From Chloroflexota bacterium (lineage in GTDB: Bacteria > Chloroflexota > Dormibacteria > Aeolococcales > Aeolococcaceae), in assembly GCA_028287625.1 (NCBI GenBank), contig JAQBPH010000285.1:1-43161 (forward strand): a stretch of DNA of 43,161 nucleotides. The letters run 5' to 3'. Under the pieces are notes generated by a model. That model ran no database searches. It was given only the letters and a program-made list of their open reading frames with translations, and was not told the origin of the DNA. Shown piece by piece: positions 1 through 8,979 of the stretch. The first letter of the stretch is position 1. Every line of letters begins with the position of its first letter. The position numbers were made by a program, and so were the translations under genes.

Positions 1-827
1 CCTCGCTGCGGCTCATGCTCAGCGGCGGCTCGGCGGTGCCGCTGATCCTGCAGCAGCGCTTCCACGAGCGGCACGGCATCACCGTCATGCAGGCGTGGGG
101 GATGACCGAGACCAGCCCGATCGCCGCCGTCTCCCGTCCCCCGAAGCACGGCGCTCCCCAGGACGAGTGGCGGTACCGCGGCAAGTCCGGCCGCCTCGCC
201 GCGGGGGTCGAGGCGCGCCACGTCGCCGACGACGGCACGGTGCTGCCCTGGGACGGTGTGGCGGTGGGGGAGATCGAGGTGCGCGGCAACTGGATCACCG
301 GTGCCTACCACCGCGACCCCGCTCCCGACCGCTTCGACAGCGGCTGGCTGCGCACCGGCGACGTCGGCACCATCGACGAGCGGGGGTTCATCCAGCTCAC
401 TGATCGTGCCAAGGATGTCATCAAGTCGGGTGGCGAGTGGATCTCCTCGATGGACCTCGAGGCGGCGATCATGGCCCACCCCGCGGTGGTCGAGGCGGCG
501 GTGATCGCGGTCAGGGACGAGCGCTGGGACGAGCGCCCGCTCGCCTGCGTGGTCGTCGACCCCAACCGCTCCGTGACCGTGGAGGAGCTGCGCGGGTTCC
601 TCGACGGCCGGGTCCCGAGCTGGTGGGTGCCGGAGCGCTGGGCCTTCGTGAGCGAGGTCCCCAAGACCAGCGTCGGCAAGTTCGACAAGAAGGTGCTGCG
701 CGCACGGCTCGGGGAGGGTGCGCTGGACATCCTCGGCGACGAGGGCGGTGGTCGCGAGCATCACGAGGCGATGCCCGCGACCGGACGGGGGGAGTTCCCC
801 CCTCAGAAGGACGTGGCGAGCCGCTGA
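1..827 (+). CDS. AMP-dependent acyl-CoA synthetase/ligase (FadD-like), C-terminal part; 5' end lies outside the window
   Basis: The frame is open from the window edge (in frame from nt 3) to the stop at 825-827. The translation contains WLRTGDVGTIDERGFIQLTDRAKDVIKSGGEWISS and PKTSVGKFDKKVLR, the hallmark C-terminal motifs of adenylate-forming (ANL) enzymes. Confidence 0.9.
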   Translation, partial: SLRLMLSGGSAVPLILQQRFHERHGITVMQAWGMTETSPIAAVSRPPKHGAPQDEWRYRGKSGRLAAGVEARHVADDGTVLPWDGVAVGEIEVRGNWITGAYHRDPAPDRFDSGWLRTGDVGTIDERGFIQLTDRAKDVIKSGGEWISSMDLEAAIMAHPAVVEAAVIAVRDERWDERPLACVVVDPNRSVTVEELRGFLDGRVPSWWVPERWAFVSEVPKTSVGKFDKKVLRARLGEGALDILGDEGGGREHHEAMPATGRGEFPPQKDVASR

Positions 828-935
828 CGGGCGGCGGCCGTGAGCGCACCCGCGAGCACGGCTTCGCGCTGCGCGGGTGCGTCCACGGCATCGCCGTTCA
901 GCACCGGCGAGGCGGTCGCGGTCTGACCGGACCGG

Positions 936-1226
936 TCAGCGCCGGAACGCGGCCGTGGCCCCCGTACCGCCACTCCTGCCACGCCCAAGCCTGCGCAGCA
1001 CCGCGAGCAGGAGGCACGCTCCGACGAAGGCCACGATGCACTCGCCGATGAAGCTGCCCGCCACGTCGCTGCGGGTGAGGGCGTGGAGGAGGAGGCCGCC
1101 GATGAACGCCCCCACCAGGCCCACCGCGATGTCGCCGAGGATGCCGAAGCCGCCTCCCTCGACGACGCGGCCCGCGAGCGCTCCCGCGATCAGGCCGACG
1201 AGCAACCAGGCGATCAGATGACCCAT
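936..1226 (-). CDS. GlsB/YeaQ/YmgE-family (transglycosylase-associated) small membrane protein
   Basis: 96 aa with three hydrophobic, Gly-zipper-rich helices (LLVGLIAGALAG, GILGDIAVGLVGAFIGGLL, IVAFVGACLLLAVL). This is typical of the family. Confidence 0.85.
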   Translation of the reverse strand: MGHLIAWLLVGLIAGALAGRVVEGGGFGILGDIAVGLVGAFIGGLLLHALTRSDVAGSFIGECIVAFVGACLLLAVLRRLGRGRSGGTGATAAFRR

Positions 1227-1266
1227 CGGGATTCCTCCGTGAACGGTGTTGCGGTGATGTCGGTGC

Positions 1267-1974
1267 TCACGCCTGTCGCTGCTCGAGCCACCGGCGTGCC
1301 TCCTCGCTGAGCTCGCGCCCGGTGCTGCGGCCGGTCAGCTCCGTGGCCGCCGCGCTGCCGTTCCCGCCGGGCGCGGGCGGATGGCCGGCCACGCTCTCCT
1401 TGAGCAGCCCGATGTCCTCCTTGACCATCGCGACGTCCTCCTTGACGGTCTCGACGGTCTGCCGGGGCACCGGCGGGAAGGCCTCCTTGACCTTGGCCTT
1501 CAGGGTCTCGACGTCCTGCTTCAGGGTGCTCATCGTCTCGGCGGGCAGCAGCGGCATGGCGGCGCGCAACCGGCCCACGCCGGTCATGGCCAGCACGGCG
1601 GTGAGAACGAGGAGGAGCACGGTCACGACCAGGGCGGCGGTCCACACCGGCAGCCAGAGGGCGAGGACCGTGGTGAGCGTGGCCGCGACCATCCCGAGGG
1701 CGATCAGGGCGACCACCCCCGCGACGGCGAGGGCGGCGGCGCCGATCGCCATCGTCCTGCCCTTGGACTTCACCTCCCGGCCGGCGAGGGCGAGGTCCTT
1801 CCGGGCCATCTCGGCGGCCGCCGGGGCGACGTCCTTGACCCTGCCGACCTTCTGGCCGACCTCGGCCTTGGCCAGCTCGATCTCCTGGCGGACGAGGGTG
1901 CTCCCCTCCTCCGCGAGCTGCTTGAGCAGCTCGGGCAACGACTGATCCTGCGGAGTTGCGGCTCGATCGCCCAT
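1267..1974 (-). CDS. DUF1469 / 'actinobacterial holin-X'-like membrane protein
   Basis: 235 aa. An N-terminal amphipathic helix (LVRQEIELAKAEVGQK) is followed by a pair of long hydrophobic helices and a charged, coiled-coil-like tail. An SD GAAGGAG lies 9 nt upstream of the ATG at 1974. It is co-directional with the GlsB-like gene 41 nt downstream. Confidence 0.7.
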   Translation of the reverse strand: MGDRAATPQDQSLPELLKQLAEEGSTLVRQEIELAKAEVGQKVGRVKDVAPAAAEMARKDLALAGREVKSKGRTMAIGAAALAVAGVVALIALGMVAATLTTVLALWLPVWTAALVVTVLLLVLTAVLAMTGVGRLRAAMPLLPAETMSTLKQDVETLKAKVKEAFPPVPRQTVETVKEDVAMVKEDIGLLKESVAGHPPAPGGNGSAAATELTGRSTGRELSEEARRWLEQRQA

Positions 1975-2023
1975 GCCCAGCTGCTCCTTCTCACCGCCGT
2001 CGCACCGGACTGGGGGCGACGCC

Positions 2024-2058
2024 TATCACGATATGGCAACTATCATATTATATGCACC
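2024..2058 (-). promoter_or_regulatory. AT-rich island with a perfect TATAAT (minus strand, 2047-2052); candidate promoter/operator for the holin-X-like gene
   Basis: The plus strand reads TATCACGATATGGCAACTATCATATTATATGCAC in otherwise ~70% GC DNA. The reverse complement contains TATAAT about 70 nt upstream of the ATG at 1974. Short repeats TATCA..GATA / TATCAT flank it. The -35 element is weak. Confidence 0.3.
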
Positions 2059-2106
2059 CCTGCTGGAGTGAAAGCCGAGTCAGTGGTGGGCGCCCGCCTC
2101 CCCGAC

Positions 2107-3132
2107 TCAGCGCTGCGGGAGCGCCGTCCCCAGGCTGGCGCCGGCGAACTCGCGGACCCGGCGGTTCACCTCGTCCGCGGCCTCCAGGGGGAGCATGTGG
2201 CCCGCGCCGGGCACCAGCACCAGGCCCGCGGGCCGGGGTAGCGAGCGCTCCAGCCGCCGCGCGTGCGAGGGCGGGGTGAGCCGGTCGCGCTCGCCGGCCA
2301 TCACCAGCGTGGGGACGGTCAGCCGGTCGACCGCGCTGCCGAGATCGAGGCGGCCGAGGACCCTGCCCCAGCCGACCCAGGTGTCGGGGCGGCAGGAGAC
2401 GACGAGGTCGCAGCAGAAGGCCACCTGCGCCGGGGTGGCGGCGTCCCCGAGGGTGATGAACCGGACGCCGCGGCGCGAGATCGGGGCCAGCAGGGAGAGG
2501 GGGATCGGGGGGGCGGTGAGAATCGCCGCGCCGGCCAGCCGCCGGGCGCGCACCAGGGTGCGGGGGATGGGGAGCAGCCGGGACTCGGTGACCAGGTCGC
2601 CGATGCCGGTGCTCACCAGCACCGCGCCGGCGGCGCGCTCGACCTCGGCGGGATGGCGCCCGGCCCAGGCCAGCACCGCCATCGCGCCCATCGAGTGCCC
2701 CATCAGCACCGCCCGCTCGCCGGCCGGGAGGCAGGCGGCGAGCACCGCGGAGAGGTCGTCGGCGAGCGCGTCGGTGGAGAACTCGCCCGGCCCGCTGTCG
2801 CCGTGGCCTCGCAGGTCGAAGGCGACGACGCGGAAGTCGCGGGAGAGCTCGACGATCTGCGGATGCCAGAAGCGCCGTGAGCAGGTCCAGCCGTGGAGGA
2901 GCACCAGGGTGGGGGCGGTCTCGGCGCCGAAGACCTCGGCGTGGAGCCGGGTGCCGTCGCGCGACACCACCGTCCGCGGCCGGCCCACCAGGCGGCGGCT
3001 GAGCTCGACGTACTCCGGGTCGTCGAGCAGCCGGTGCTGCTCCCTCCTGCCCGCCCGCGCCACCCCGGCCAGGGCGGCGGCGCCGGCGAGCGCGGTCGCG
3101 CCGAGCAGCGCGGTGGTGCGCGATCCGACCAT
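2107..3132 (-). CDS. alpha/beta-fold hydrolase with an N-terminal signal/anchor
   Basis: 341 aa from the internal ATG at 3132 of the 674-aa track ORF. Motifs: HGW oxyanion region (LVLLHGWTCS), nucleophile elbow GHSMGA and a C-terminal GAGHMLPLE His motif. The upstream part of the track ORF is antisense to the LLM gene and is not counted. Confidence 0.85.
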   Translation of the reverse strand: MVGSRTTALLGATALAGAAALAGVARAGRREQHRLLDDPEYVELSRRLVGRPRTVVSRDGTRLHAEVFGAETAPTLVLLHGWTCSRRFWHPQIVELSRDFRVVAFDLRGHGDSGPGEFSTDALADDLSAVLAACLPAGERAVLMGHSMGAMAVLAWAGRHPAEVERAAGAVLVSTGIGDLVTESRLLPIPRTLVRARRLAGAAILTAPPIPLSLLAPISRRGVRFITLGDAATPAQVAFCCDLVVSCRPDTWVGWGRVLGRLDLGSAVDRLTVPTLVMAGERDRLTPPSHARRLERSLPRPAGLVLVPGAGHMLPLEAADEVNRRVREFAGASLGTALPQR

Positions 3133-3192
3133 GGGTCCCAGGCTATCCGAACGCGCGACGGCCCTGTTCCCGCGATCGAATACCCTTGTCGC

Positions 3193-4101
3193 ATGAGACT
3201 GGGACTTCAGGTACCGAGCTTCACCTGGCCGGACGGCCACGAGCACATCGGCGAGAACTTCGCGCGCATCGCCGAGCGCGCCGAGGAGGCCGGGCTCACC
3301 AGCCTGTGGGTGATGGACCACCTCTTCCAGATCCAGATGATCGGGCCGCCCGAGCAGGAGATGCTGGAGGGCTGGACGGCGCTCGCGTTCGCCGCCGCGC
3401 GCACCAGCCGCATCCGCCTGGGGACGATGGTCACCGGGGTCACCTACCGCTATCCCGGGGTGCTGGTGAAGATCGCCACCACCCTCGACGTGCTCTCCGG
3501 CGGCCGCTCCTACTTCGGCATCGGCGCCGCCTGGAACGAGGAGGAGCACCGCGGGCTGGGCATCCCCTACCCCCCGCTCGGCGAGCGCATGGACCGGCTC
3601 GAGGAGACCCTGCAGATCGCCCGGCAGATGTGGGCGGGCGACGACCGGCCGTACCACGGGAAGCACTACCAGCTGGAGCGCCCGCTGTGCTCGCCCCCGT
3701 CGATCCAGCGCCCGCACCCGCCGATCCTCGTCGGCGGCGGCGGCGAGCGCCGGACGCTGCGGATGGTGGCCCAGTACGGCGACGCATGCAACCTCTTCTC
3801 CTTCGGCGACCTGGCCCTGCTCGACCACAAGCTGGCGGTGCTCCGCGGGCACTGCGAGGCGGTGGGGAGGCCCTACGCCGACATCGAGAAGACCAGCCTC
3901 GGCACCATCCACCTCACCCGCGACGGTCGCGACGGCAGCATGGACGCCGCCGCCGCCATCCAGTACTTCGAGACCCTCGCCGAGCGCGGCATCGACCACG
4001 CCATCTTCAACATGCGCAACGTGACCGAGGCGGAGCCCTTCGAGGTGCTCGCCGCCGAGGTGATCCCCGCGGTCACGAAGCTGCCGGTGGCGGGGCGGTA
4101 G
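3193..4101 (+). CDS. luciferase-like monooxygenase (LLM) class F420-dependent oxidoreductase (Rv1855c-like by eye)
   Basis: 302 aa starting MRLGLQVPSFTWPDG, with LWVMDHLFQ, GTMVTGVTYRYPGVLVK and FGIGAAWNEEEH as in LLM/F420 enzymes. It is divergent from the hydrolase across a 60-nt spacer. Confidence 0.85.
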   Translation: MRLGLQVPSFTWPDGHEHIGENFARIAERAEEAGLTSLWVMDHLFQIQMIGPPEQEMLEGWTALAFAAARTSRIRLGTMVTGVTYRYPGVLVKIATTLDVLSGGRSYFGIGAAWNEEEHRGLGIPYPPLGERMDRLEETLQIARQMWAGDDRPYHGKHYQLERPLCSPPSIQRPHPPILVGGGGERRTLRMVAQYGDACNLFSFGDLALLDHKLAVLRGHCEAVGRPYADIEKTSLGTIHLTRDGRDGSMDAAAAIQYFETLAERGIDHAIFNMRNVTEAEPFEVLAAEVIPAVTKLPVAGR

Positions 4102-4199
4102 CCGCTCAGCCGAGCTCGACGAGCCGGCCACCGGCGCAGGATCCAGGGGGGTGGGACGTTCTACCCTGGGGACCGGACTGGCGGCTCATTGGGACGGAC

Positions 4200-5255
4200 A
4201 TGCACAGAATGCGGACGTACGCCGTCGGGATCCTGCTGGCCTGCGTCCTCGGCGGCTGCGGCGGGGGCTCGGCGAGCCACGACGTCGTCGTCTACCGGGC
4301 GGGCCAGCGCTCGGTCACCGACCATCCCGGCGGGGTGGGGATCACCGCCGCGGGCGTCAGCGTGCCGGTCAGCGTCGACTACCGCGACACCGTCACCGAC
4401 GTCAGCGTCAAGCCCGGCATGACGGTGCACAAGGGCCAGCCGCTGATCACGCTCGATCCCACGCCCTTCCAGGCGCAGGCCGCCGCCCTGCACAGCAAGC
4501 AGCAGCTGATCCAGACGGAGATCCAGAACACCCAGGGCCGCATCGCCGTCGCCCAGGCGAGAGGCGACGGCCAGCAGGTCGCCGCTCTCAACGCCCAGAT
4601 CAGCAGCTACCAGGGCCAGTACGTGATCGTGCAGCAGCAGATCGAGATCGCCCAGGGCCGCGGCACCCAGCTGCTCGCTCCCATGGACGGCGCCATCGGC
4701 GAGGTGAGGATCCTCCCCGGAGCCGTCGCCGCCGCCGGGGCGGTGCTGCTCACGGTCGTCGACAACGCCCACATCCAGGTCACCGCCAGCCTTCCCATCA
4801 GCGACCGCCAGTTCGTCACCGTGGGCATGCCCGCCGACATCAACGTGACCCCGTCGCCGGGCAGCACCACCTCCGGCCCGGTGCTCACCGGCACGGTGGT
4901 GCAGATCGCCGCCGGTGCCAGCGGGGCCGGCCAGGTCTTCCAGGCCACCGTCGACGCCCCCAACACCGCGGACCGCGGCGTGCTCCCCGGGCTCCAGGCG
5001 TACGTGCGCGTCAGCGTCAGCCGCTCCAGCCCGGTGGTGGTCTCGACGCTGGCCGTGCTCCAGGTCGACAGCTCTCCCACCGTCTGGGTGGTCGACGGGC
5101 AGGTGGCGCATGCCCGCAGCGTCCAGGTCGGCATCTCCGACGGCGGCTACCTCGAGATCCTCAACGGGCTGAAGCCCGGCGACCTCTGCGTCATCGTCGG
5201 CAGCCAGCTGCTCAACGACGGCAGCCCGGTGCGCGTCACCCGGACCATCGGCTAG
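4200..5255 (+). CDS. HlyD-family / efflux membrane-fusion (periplasmic adaptor) lipoprotein
   Basis: 351 aa with a signal peptide and lipobox (LLACVLGGC). It has a lipoyl-like hairpin (VKPGMTVHKGQPLITLD ... APMDGAIGEVRILPG), a Q-rich coiled coil and a C-terminal beta-barrel (VWVVDGQVAHARSVQVG...GLKPGDLCVIVG). Confidence 0.8.
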   Translation: MHRMRTYAVGILLACVLGGCGGGSASHDVVVYRAGQRSVTDHPGGVGITAAGVSVPVSVDYRDTVTDVSVKPGMTVHKGQPLITLDPTPFQAQAAALHSKQQLIQTEIQNTQGRIAVAQARGDGQQVAALNAQISSYQGQYVIVQQQIEIAQGRGTQLLAPMDGAIGEVRILPGAVAAAGAVLLTVVDNAHIQVTASLPISDRQFVTVGMPADINVTPSPGSTTSGPVLTGTVVQIAAGASGAGQVFQATVDAPNTADRGVLPGLQAYVRVSVSRSSPVVVSTLAVLQVDSSPTVWVVDGQVAHARSVQVGISDGGYLEILNGLKPGDLCVIVGSQLLNDGSPVRVTRTIG

Positions 5256-5456
5256 CCGCCGGCGAAGGCGAGGCTCAGGCGGGGATCGCCGCCGCCGGTG
5301 GGGACCGCCGCGCCGGCCGGTGCCGCCATCCCGCCTCGCGACCGGGCAGCTCGACGACGGTGACCACCGGCCGAGCCCCTATCCCAAGGAGGCCCAGGCC
5401 CGGCGCGAGCAGGTGCTGCGGCATGGAGCTCGCCCGGATGCGCAGCCTCGCGCTTC

Positions 5457-5729
5457 GTGCGCCAGTGGCTCGGCGCGCTGATCGACTACGACGAGGGCAG
5501 GGGTGCAGCGGAGATGGTGCTCACCCTGAGCCGCCACCTGGAGTGCGGCGGCAACCACGATGCCACGGCGAGCGCGCTGAAGGTCCACCGCAGCACCCTG
5601 AGGTACCGGCTGCAGCGCATTCGCGAGATCTCGGGGCTCGACCTCGGCGACCCCCAGACCGCGTTCAACCTGCTGCTCGCCTCTCGGGCCCGGCAGACCC
5701 TCGCGGCGGTGCGGGGCGAGCACGCCTGA
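5457..5729 (+). pseudogene. isolated PucR-type C-terminal HTH fragment (truncated regulator remnant, or a standalone mini-HTH protein)
   Basis: 90-aa frame with a GTG start and no SD. It aligns by eye over its full length with the last ~80 aa of the regulator at 41507-43161 (FVRQWLGALIDYDE..HRSTLRYRLQRIREISGLDL versus FVREWLGKLIDYDT..HRSTVKYRLQRVREITGFDL). An in-frame stop lies at 5361-5363, and no PucR body is visible upstream in any frame. Confidence 0.5.
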
Positions 5730-5768
5730 GGATCGTGGTCGCCGCCGCGGAGCATCCGGCCACCGGGA

Positions 5769-6332
5769 CTACCTCCCGAGGAGCCCGGCGACCGCCGTGG
5801 CGACGGTGACCGCGACCACCACCACCGCGAGGGTGATCAGCCGGCGAGCCGCGCCGTCGAGCCGCGCCGGCCGGTGGCGGGCGAGGATGCCGCCCGCCGT
5901 GATCGGCGCCGCGGCCAGGATCATCAGGGTGATCCCGAACACGAAGAGGGGGGGACGTCCCGGCTCGCCGAGCCCGATGCTGAGGGCCCCGAGCATGAAG
6001 GCGAAGAAGCCGCCCAGGAAGAGCCCGGTCCCCGCCAGCGGCAGGAGCCCGGCCAGCCCTCGGGTCGGATCCGTCCGGCCCACGGAGGCGGGTCTCCGCC
6101 AGGGCTCGACCCCGACGATGGCGGCTGGCTGGAGCACATCGAGGCGCTGCAGCCGCCGGGCGAGGGCGGCCGCGCCGGTGGCGGGACGCTCGGCGAGCGC
6201 TCGCAGGATCCGGCGACCCTCCTCGTCCGCGCTCAGCCACTCGACCACCCGTCGAGCCAGCTCGGCATCTGCGCCGGCGCCGTCGTCCCCGCGGTCAACC
6301 GGCCGGAAGACGGCCTGCAAGGTCGGCTCCAC
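5769..6332 (-). CDS. hypothetical membrane protein (soluble N-terminal domain plus 3-4 TM helices)
   Basis: 187 aa with a GTG start at 6332 preceded by AGGAGGG at 7-nt spacing. It shows high third-position GC and a hydrophobic C-terminal half (LFLGGFFAFMLGALSIGL, LFVFGITLMILAAAPI, ITLAVVVVAVTVATAVAGLL). Confidence 0.55.
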   Translation of the reverse strand: MEPTLQAVFRPVDRGDDGAGADAELARRVVEWLSADEEGRRILRALAERPATGAAALARRLQRLDVLQPAAIVGVEPWRRPASVGRTDPTRGLAGLLPLAGTGLFLGGFFAFMLGALSIGLGEPGRPPLFVFGITLMILAAAPITAGGILARHRPARLDGAARRLITLAVVVVAVTVATAVAGLLGR

Positions 6333-6507
6333 GCTGTTCCCTCCTGCTCTCGACAGACAGTTGATGCCCGACGGCCCCTCCCCGTCAAGGGTTTCCGGGC
6401 AATGCCTGCAGCGACCATGAGACCTTAACCGGGGCTTTTCACCGCCCTCATCACTCGTCAGGTGATCTCGGTCACCCGCCGGCCGGCCGGCCTGGCAGCG
6501 ATGATCG

Positions 6508-6885
6508 TCAGCCCCTCCGCCGGGAGAGGCGCGGCGTTGCCGACGAGGGCGGCGGTGAGGAGGACGGCGACGGTGCCCGCGGCAGCGTGGAGGCGGACCG
6601 TCCGACCGAGAGGGACCAGGTGTGGGACAGCAGACCGGTCTGCGGATCGACGCCGAAGGCCACCCACCAGTTGGCCACGTACGCGGCCGCCGCGAGCATC
6701 ACACCCAGCGGCAGGGTCACGGGGAGCGCGGGGAGCAGGCGGAGCGCTCGGCGCAGGGAGAACCGGCTGACAGAGATCCTTCCCGTCCTGGCGTGCTCGG
6801 CGACGAGCAGAGAGCTGATGAGATCGCCGCTGAGGACGAAGAACCGACCATCGACGGGCGGGGTGTCCCGTCGGTGCTCGGCGGT
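6508..6885 (-). pseudogene. fragment of a membrane acyltransferase family 3 (OafA-type) gene
   Basis: The minus frame reads VDGRFFVLSGDLISSLLVAEHARTGRISVSRFSLRRALRLLPALPVTLPLGVML...LLSHTWSLSV (core 6604-6855). This matches the GVD.FFVLSGFLI, R.LRLLPA and H.WSLSVE motifs. There is no start codon, and an in-frame TAG lies at 6886-6888. The expected EEQFY motif and the remaining TM helices are absent after WSLSV. Confidence 0.6.
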
Positions 6886-6964
6886 CTACGTGTCGACGTA
6901 CAGGTTTTTTGTGTCCACTGGTACGCATACCGAACCGCAATGACGTCGTACGGTCTGCATCACA

Positions 6965-7168
6965 GTGAACTACCCTGACCTCCACTGCAGCAGCTGCGGC
7001 CGGCCCTTTGGACGCGTCGAGAGCCACCTCTGCCGTTACGATCCCAGCGGCCGGCTGGTCTGGCGGATACGGAAGTCAGCCGCCCGGGCGGTGGCGGCGG
7101 CCCTGGACGGACCGCGGCCAGCCAACGTCGCCAGTGCTGACAACGACCTCGACCCCGTCACATTCTGA
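6965..7168 (+). CDS. small hypothetical protein (67 aa, CxxC plus C/H)
   Basis: GTG-start ORF with high third-position GC. It reads LHCSSCGRPFGRVESHLCRY. No homolog is recognised. Confidence 0.3.
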   Translation: MNYPDLHCSSCGRPFGRVESHLCRYDPSGRLVWRIRKSAARAVAAALDGPRPANVASADNDLDPVTF

Positions 7169-7360
7169 GCGTGGATCGACTGCACCCGAGAGGGGCGGGA
7201 CCCAAGCGTGCGGGCTACGGCGGCTCGGCCTCCAGCTTCCCGCCCGGGCCCCAGTGGATCCGGGCCAACCCCGCAGCCGCCGTCTGATCCTGGGCGCACC
7301 ACGCGGTCGCCGCGTGCCCGCGGCGCCCTGCCGACGCCGCGGGCTGAACCGGGACGTCCC

Positions 7361-7678
7361 TCAGGGGAGCTTCGATGCCAGGACGTCAGCGGGAAGGATC
7401 TCTGGAGGTGCGGCAAGGAGTCGCTCGGCGTTCGCCATGAGCGCTGCGGCGATCGGCCCGTTGATGTGGGTCTGGCGATCGGTCTCGGACGCGAACGCGT
7501 CGACGATCCAGAAGGTGGTCTGGTCGGTGCGCAGCGCGAACCAGACGAGCGTACCCGCCTCGTCGTTCGCGAGTTGGACTGCGCTCGCCAGGAACGCGCC
7601 GACCTCGTCGCAGGTGTCGGCCTTGGCCACGATCCGGGCGACGAAGGCTACCGAGAGGGTTGGTGTGGTCGTTGCCAT
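7361..7678 (-). CDS. antibiotic-biosynthesis-monooxygenase (ABM) / YgiN-like quinol monooxygenase domain protein
   Basis: 105 aa, a single ferredoxin-like ABM domain pattern (VARIVAKADTCDEV..FLASAVQLANDEAGTLVWFALRTDQTTFWIVDAFASETDRQTHINGP). An AGGAGG lies 5 nt upstream of the ATG at 7678. Confidence 0.8.
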   Translation of the reverse strand: MATTTPTLSVAFVARIVAKADTCDEVGAFLASAVQLANDEAGTLVWFALRTDQTTFWIVDAFASETDRQTHINGPIAAALMANAERLLAAPPEILPADVLASKLP

Positions 7679-7788
7679 TGGGGCCTCCTGGTGAACGGTC
7701 CGCCGGGTGCAGGACCTGAGGCAAGGCTACGCACGCCGGGGCAGGGTTGAGAAGTGGCGGATGCGAACGTTTCCCTATCATTTACGCC

Positions 7789-8024
7789 ATGCGCATCGGG
7801 CTGCTGGCCCAGGAGGGGTTCGGTCGCGGATCGCAGCCGCGTGCACCGGCGTGTTCCCGCTCGCCGAGACCGGGATTCTCGACGGCCGACGGGTCACGAC
7901 GACCTGGTTCCTGACCCCGACCTTCCGCGCCAGATATCCGACCGTGTCAGCCGACCTCGACCGCATGGTCGTCGCCGACGGCCCGATCCTCACGGCCGGC
8001 GCGGCCTTCGCCCACGTCGATCTC
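7789..8024 (+). pseudogene. frameshifted fragment of a GlxA-type (DJ-1/PfpI domain, AraC-family) regulator
   Basis: The ATG at 7789 opens [11 protein letters not shown] but the frame closes after 41 codons. Another frame (7824-8024) reads [65 protein letters not shown], the nucleophile-elbow region of DJ-1/PfpI domains. No AraC HTH follows. Confidence 0.6.
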
Positions 8025-8050
8025 AGGCCGCCTTTCTCAGCTTCGCCAAG

Positions 8051-8191
8051 CGCTGGGCAGACTTCGGAGAGGCCAATGCCTTCCTCTGCGGTGCCGCTCT
8101 CATGGTCGATGCCTGTGAGAGGAGGCTGCTGGCCCTCGGCGTCTCCCTGGACCGCATCCTCGCCGACCGCTTCGTCGCCACGTGGAGATGA
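8051..8191 (+). pseudogene. about 45-aa C-terminal remnant resembling an FAD/NAD-binding ferredoxin-reductase-type oxidoreductase
   Basis: A third frame ends [39 protein letters not shown]-stop. This resembles the '..CGP..M......L...GV....I..E.F' C-terminus of that family. No upstream body is present. Confidence 0.4.
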
Positions 8192-8301
8192 GGGCTCAGC
8201 GGGCTCTTGCGCACCAAGCTTGCGCTTGGTAGGCTAAGCACGGCTAGCCTCCCGCCCTGTGCTCCTGACGGGAGTGATCATCGCAACGGAGGGCCTGTGA
8301 A

Positions 8302-8595
8302 ATGGAGCGGCTACAACGCGCGGTCGACACAGCCGAGAACATCACGATCTCGCAGTACCGAGCCCGCCACGCCACCGTGTCGACGCCCAGGGTTTCGGTG
8401 GAGTGCGGAATGTGTGGCGCTGTGCAGTCGGAGCGTCCGCGTCCAGGTGCGCGCTGGATTGCGATGGACTGCAGGCGGTGCGGTCTACGCAGCCTTGCGC
8501 AGCTGATGGATAGGCCGGATGAGGAACCGACGCCCGGACCCGACGGCGATTGGTGGGACGGGCTCGACTCTCGTGGCGTCGGCGATGGTGCCTGA
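8302..8595 (+). CDS. hypothetical zinc-ribbon-like protein (97 aa)
   Basis: The ATG is preceded by GGAGGG at about 8 nt. Two CxxC pairs are present (CGMCG ... CRRCG). GC is moderate. No family is recognised. Confidence 0.45.
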   Translation: MERLQRAVDTAENITISQYRARHATVSTPRVSVECGMCGAVQSERPRPGARWIAMDCRRCGLRSLAQLMDRPDEEPTPGPDGDWWDGLDSRGVGDGA

Positions 8596-8979
8596 GCTGA
8601 CCTGAGTGGCGGGGCCTACCGTGCGTCAGCTGCCGAGGGTGGGCGGCTGACGTCGTACCGGCAGATGGACCCGCAGGCCGTCGTGGAGGACCACGGAGAC
8701 CAGCGCGTGGCCGCGGGCGCCGGCGCGGTCGGTGGCGGCACGGGGCTCGTTGCAGTGGAGGCCGACACGGGGGCCGTCGTGGGGGACTCGCGGCCGGCGG
8801 ACCCGGGGCCGCGTCGGTGGTCGTCTGCATCCCCGCATCGGACAGCGACGCCTCGCCGAGAGCCCTCGGAGGGCTTGCCCAGCGCTCCGTACTGGCTCAG
8901 GCCAAGGCCCGTGGCCACGGTGCGGCGTAGGCCGACCGTCTGCACTGATGAGCTCGGGGGTGGCGTATCCTCGGCGGGC

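Noticed and set aside
923-939. The palindrome CTGACCGG-A-CCGGTCAG between the convergent acyl-CoA ligase and GlsB-like genes, as a bidirectional terminator.
   Set aside because: It overlaps the GlsB-like stop codon. A 1-nt loop is sterically impossible, which leaves a stem of at most 6 bp. This is too weak to call.
2107-4131. A 674-aa minus-strand ORF spanning both the hydrolase gene and the region antisense to the LLM oxidoreductase.
   Set aside because: Only the C-terminal 341 aa (from the ATG at 3132) look like a real alpha/beta hydrolase. The N-terminal 330 aa are Arg/Gly/His-rich antisense read-through of the well-supported plus-strand LLM gene. Stop codons are rare in GC-rich DNA.
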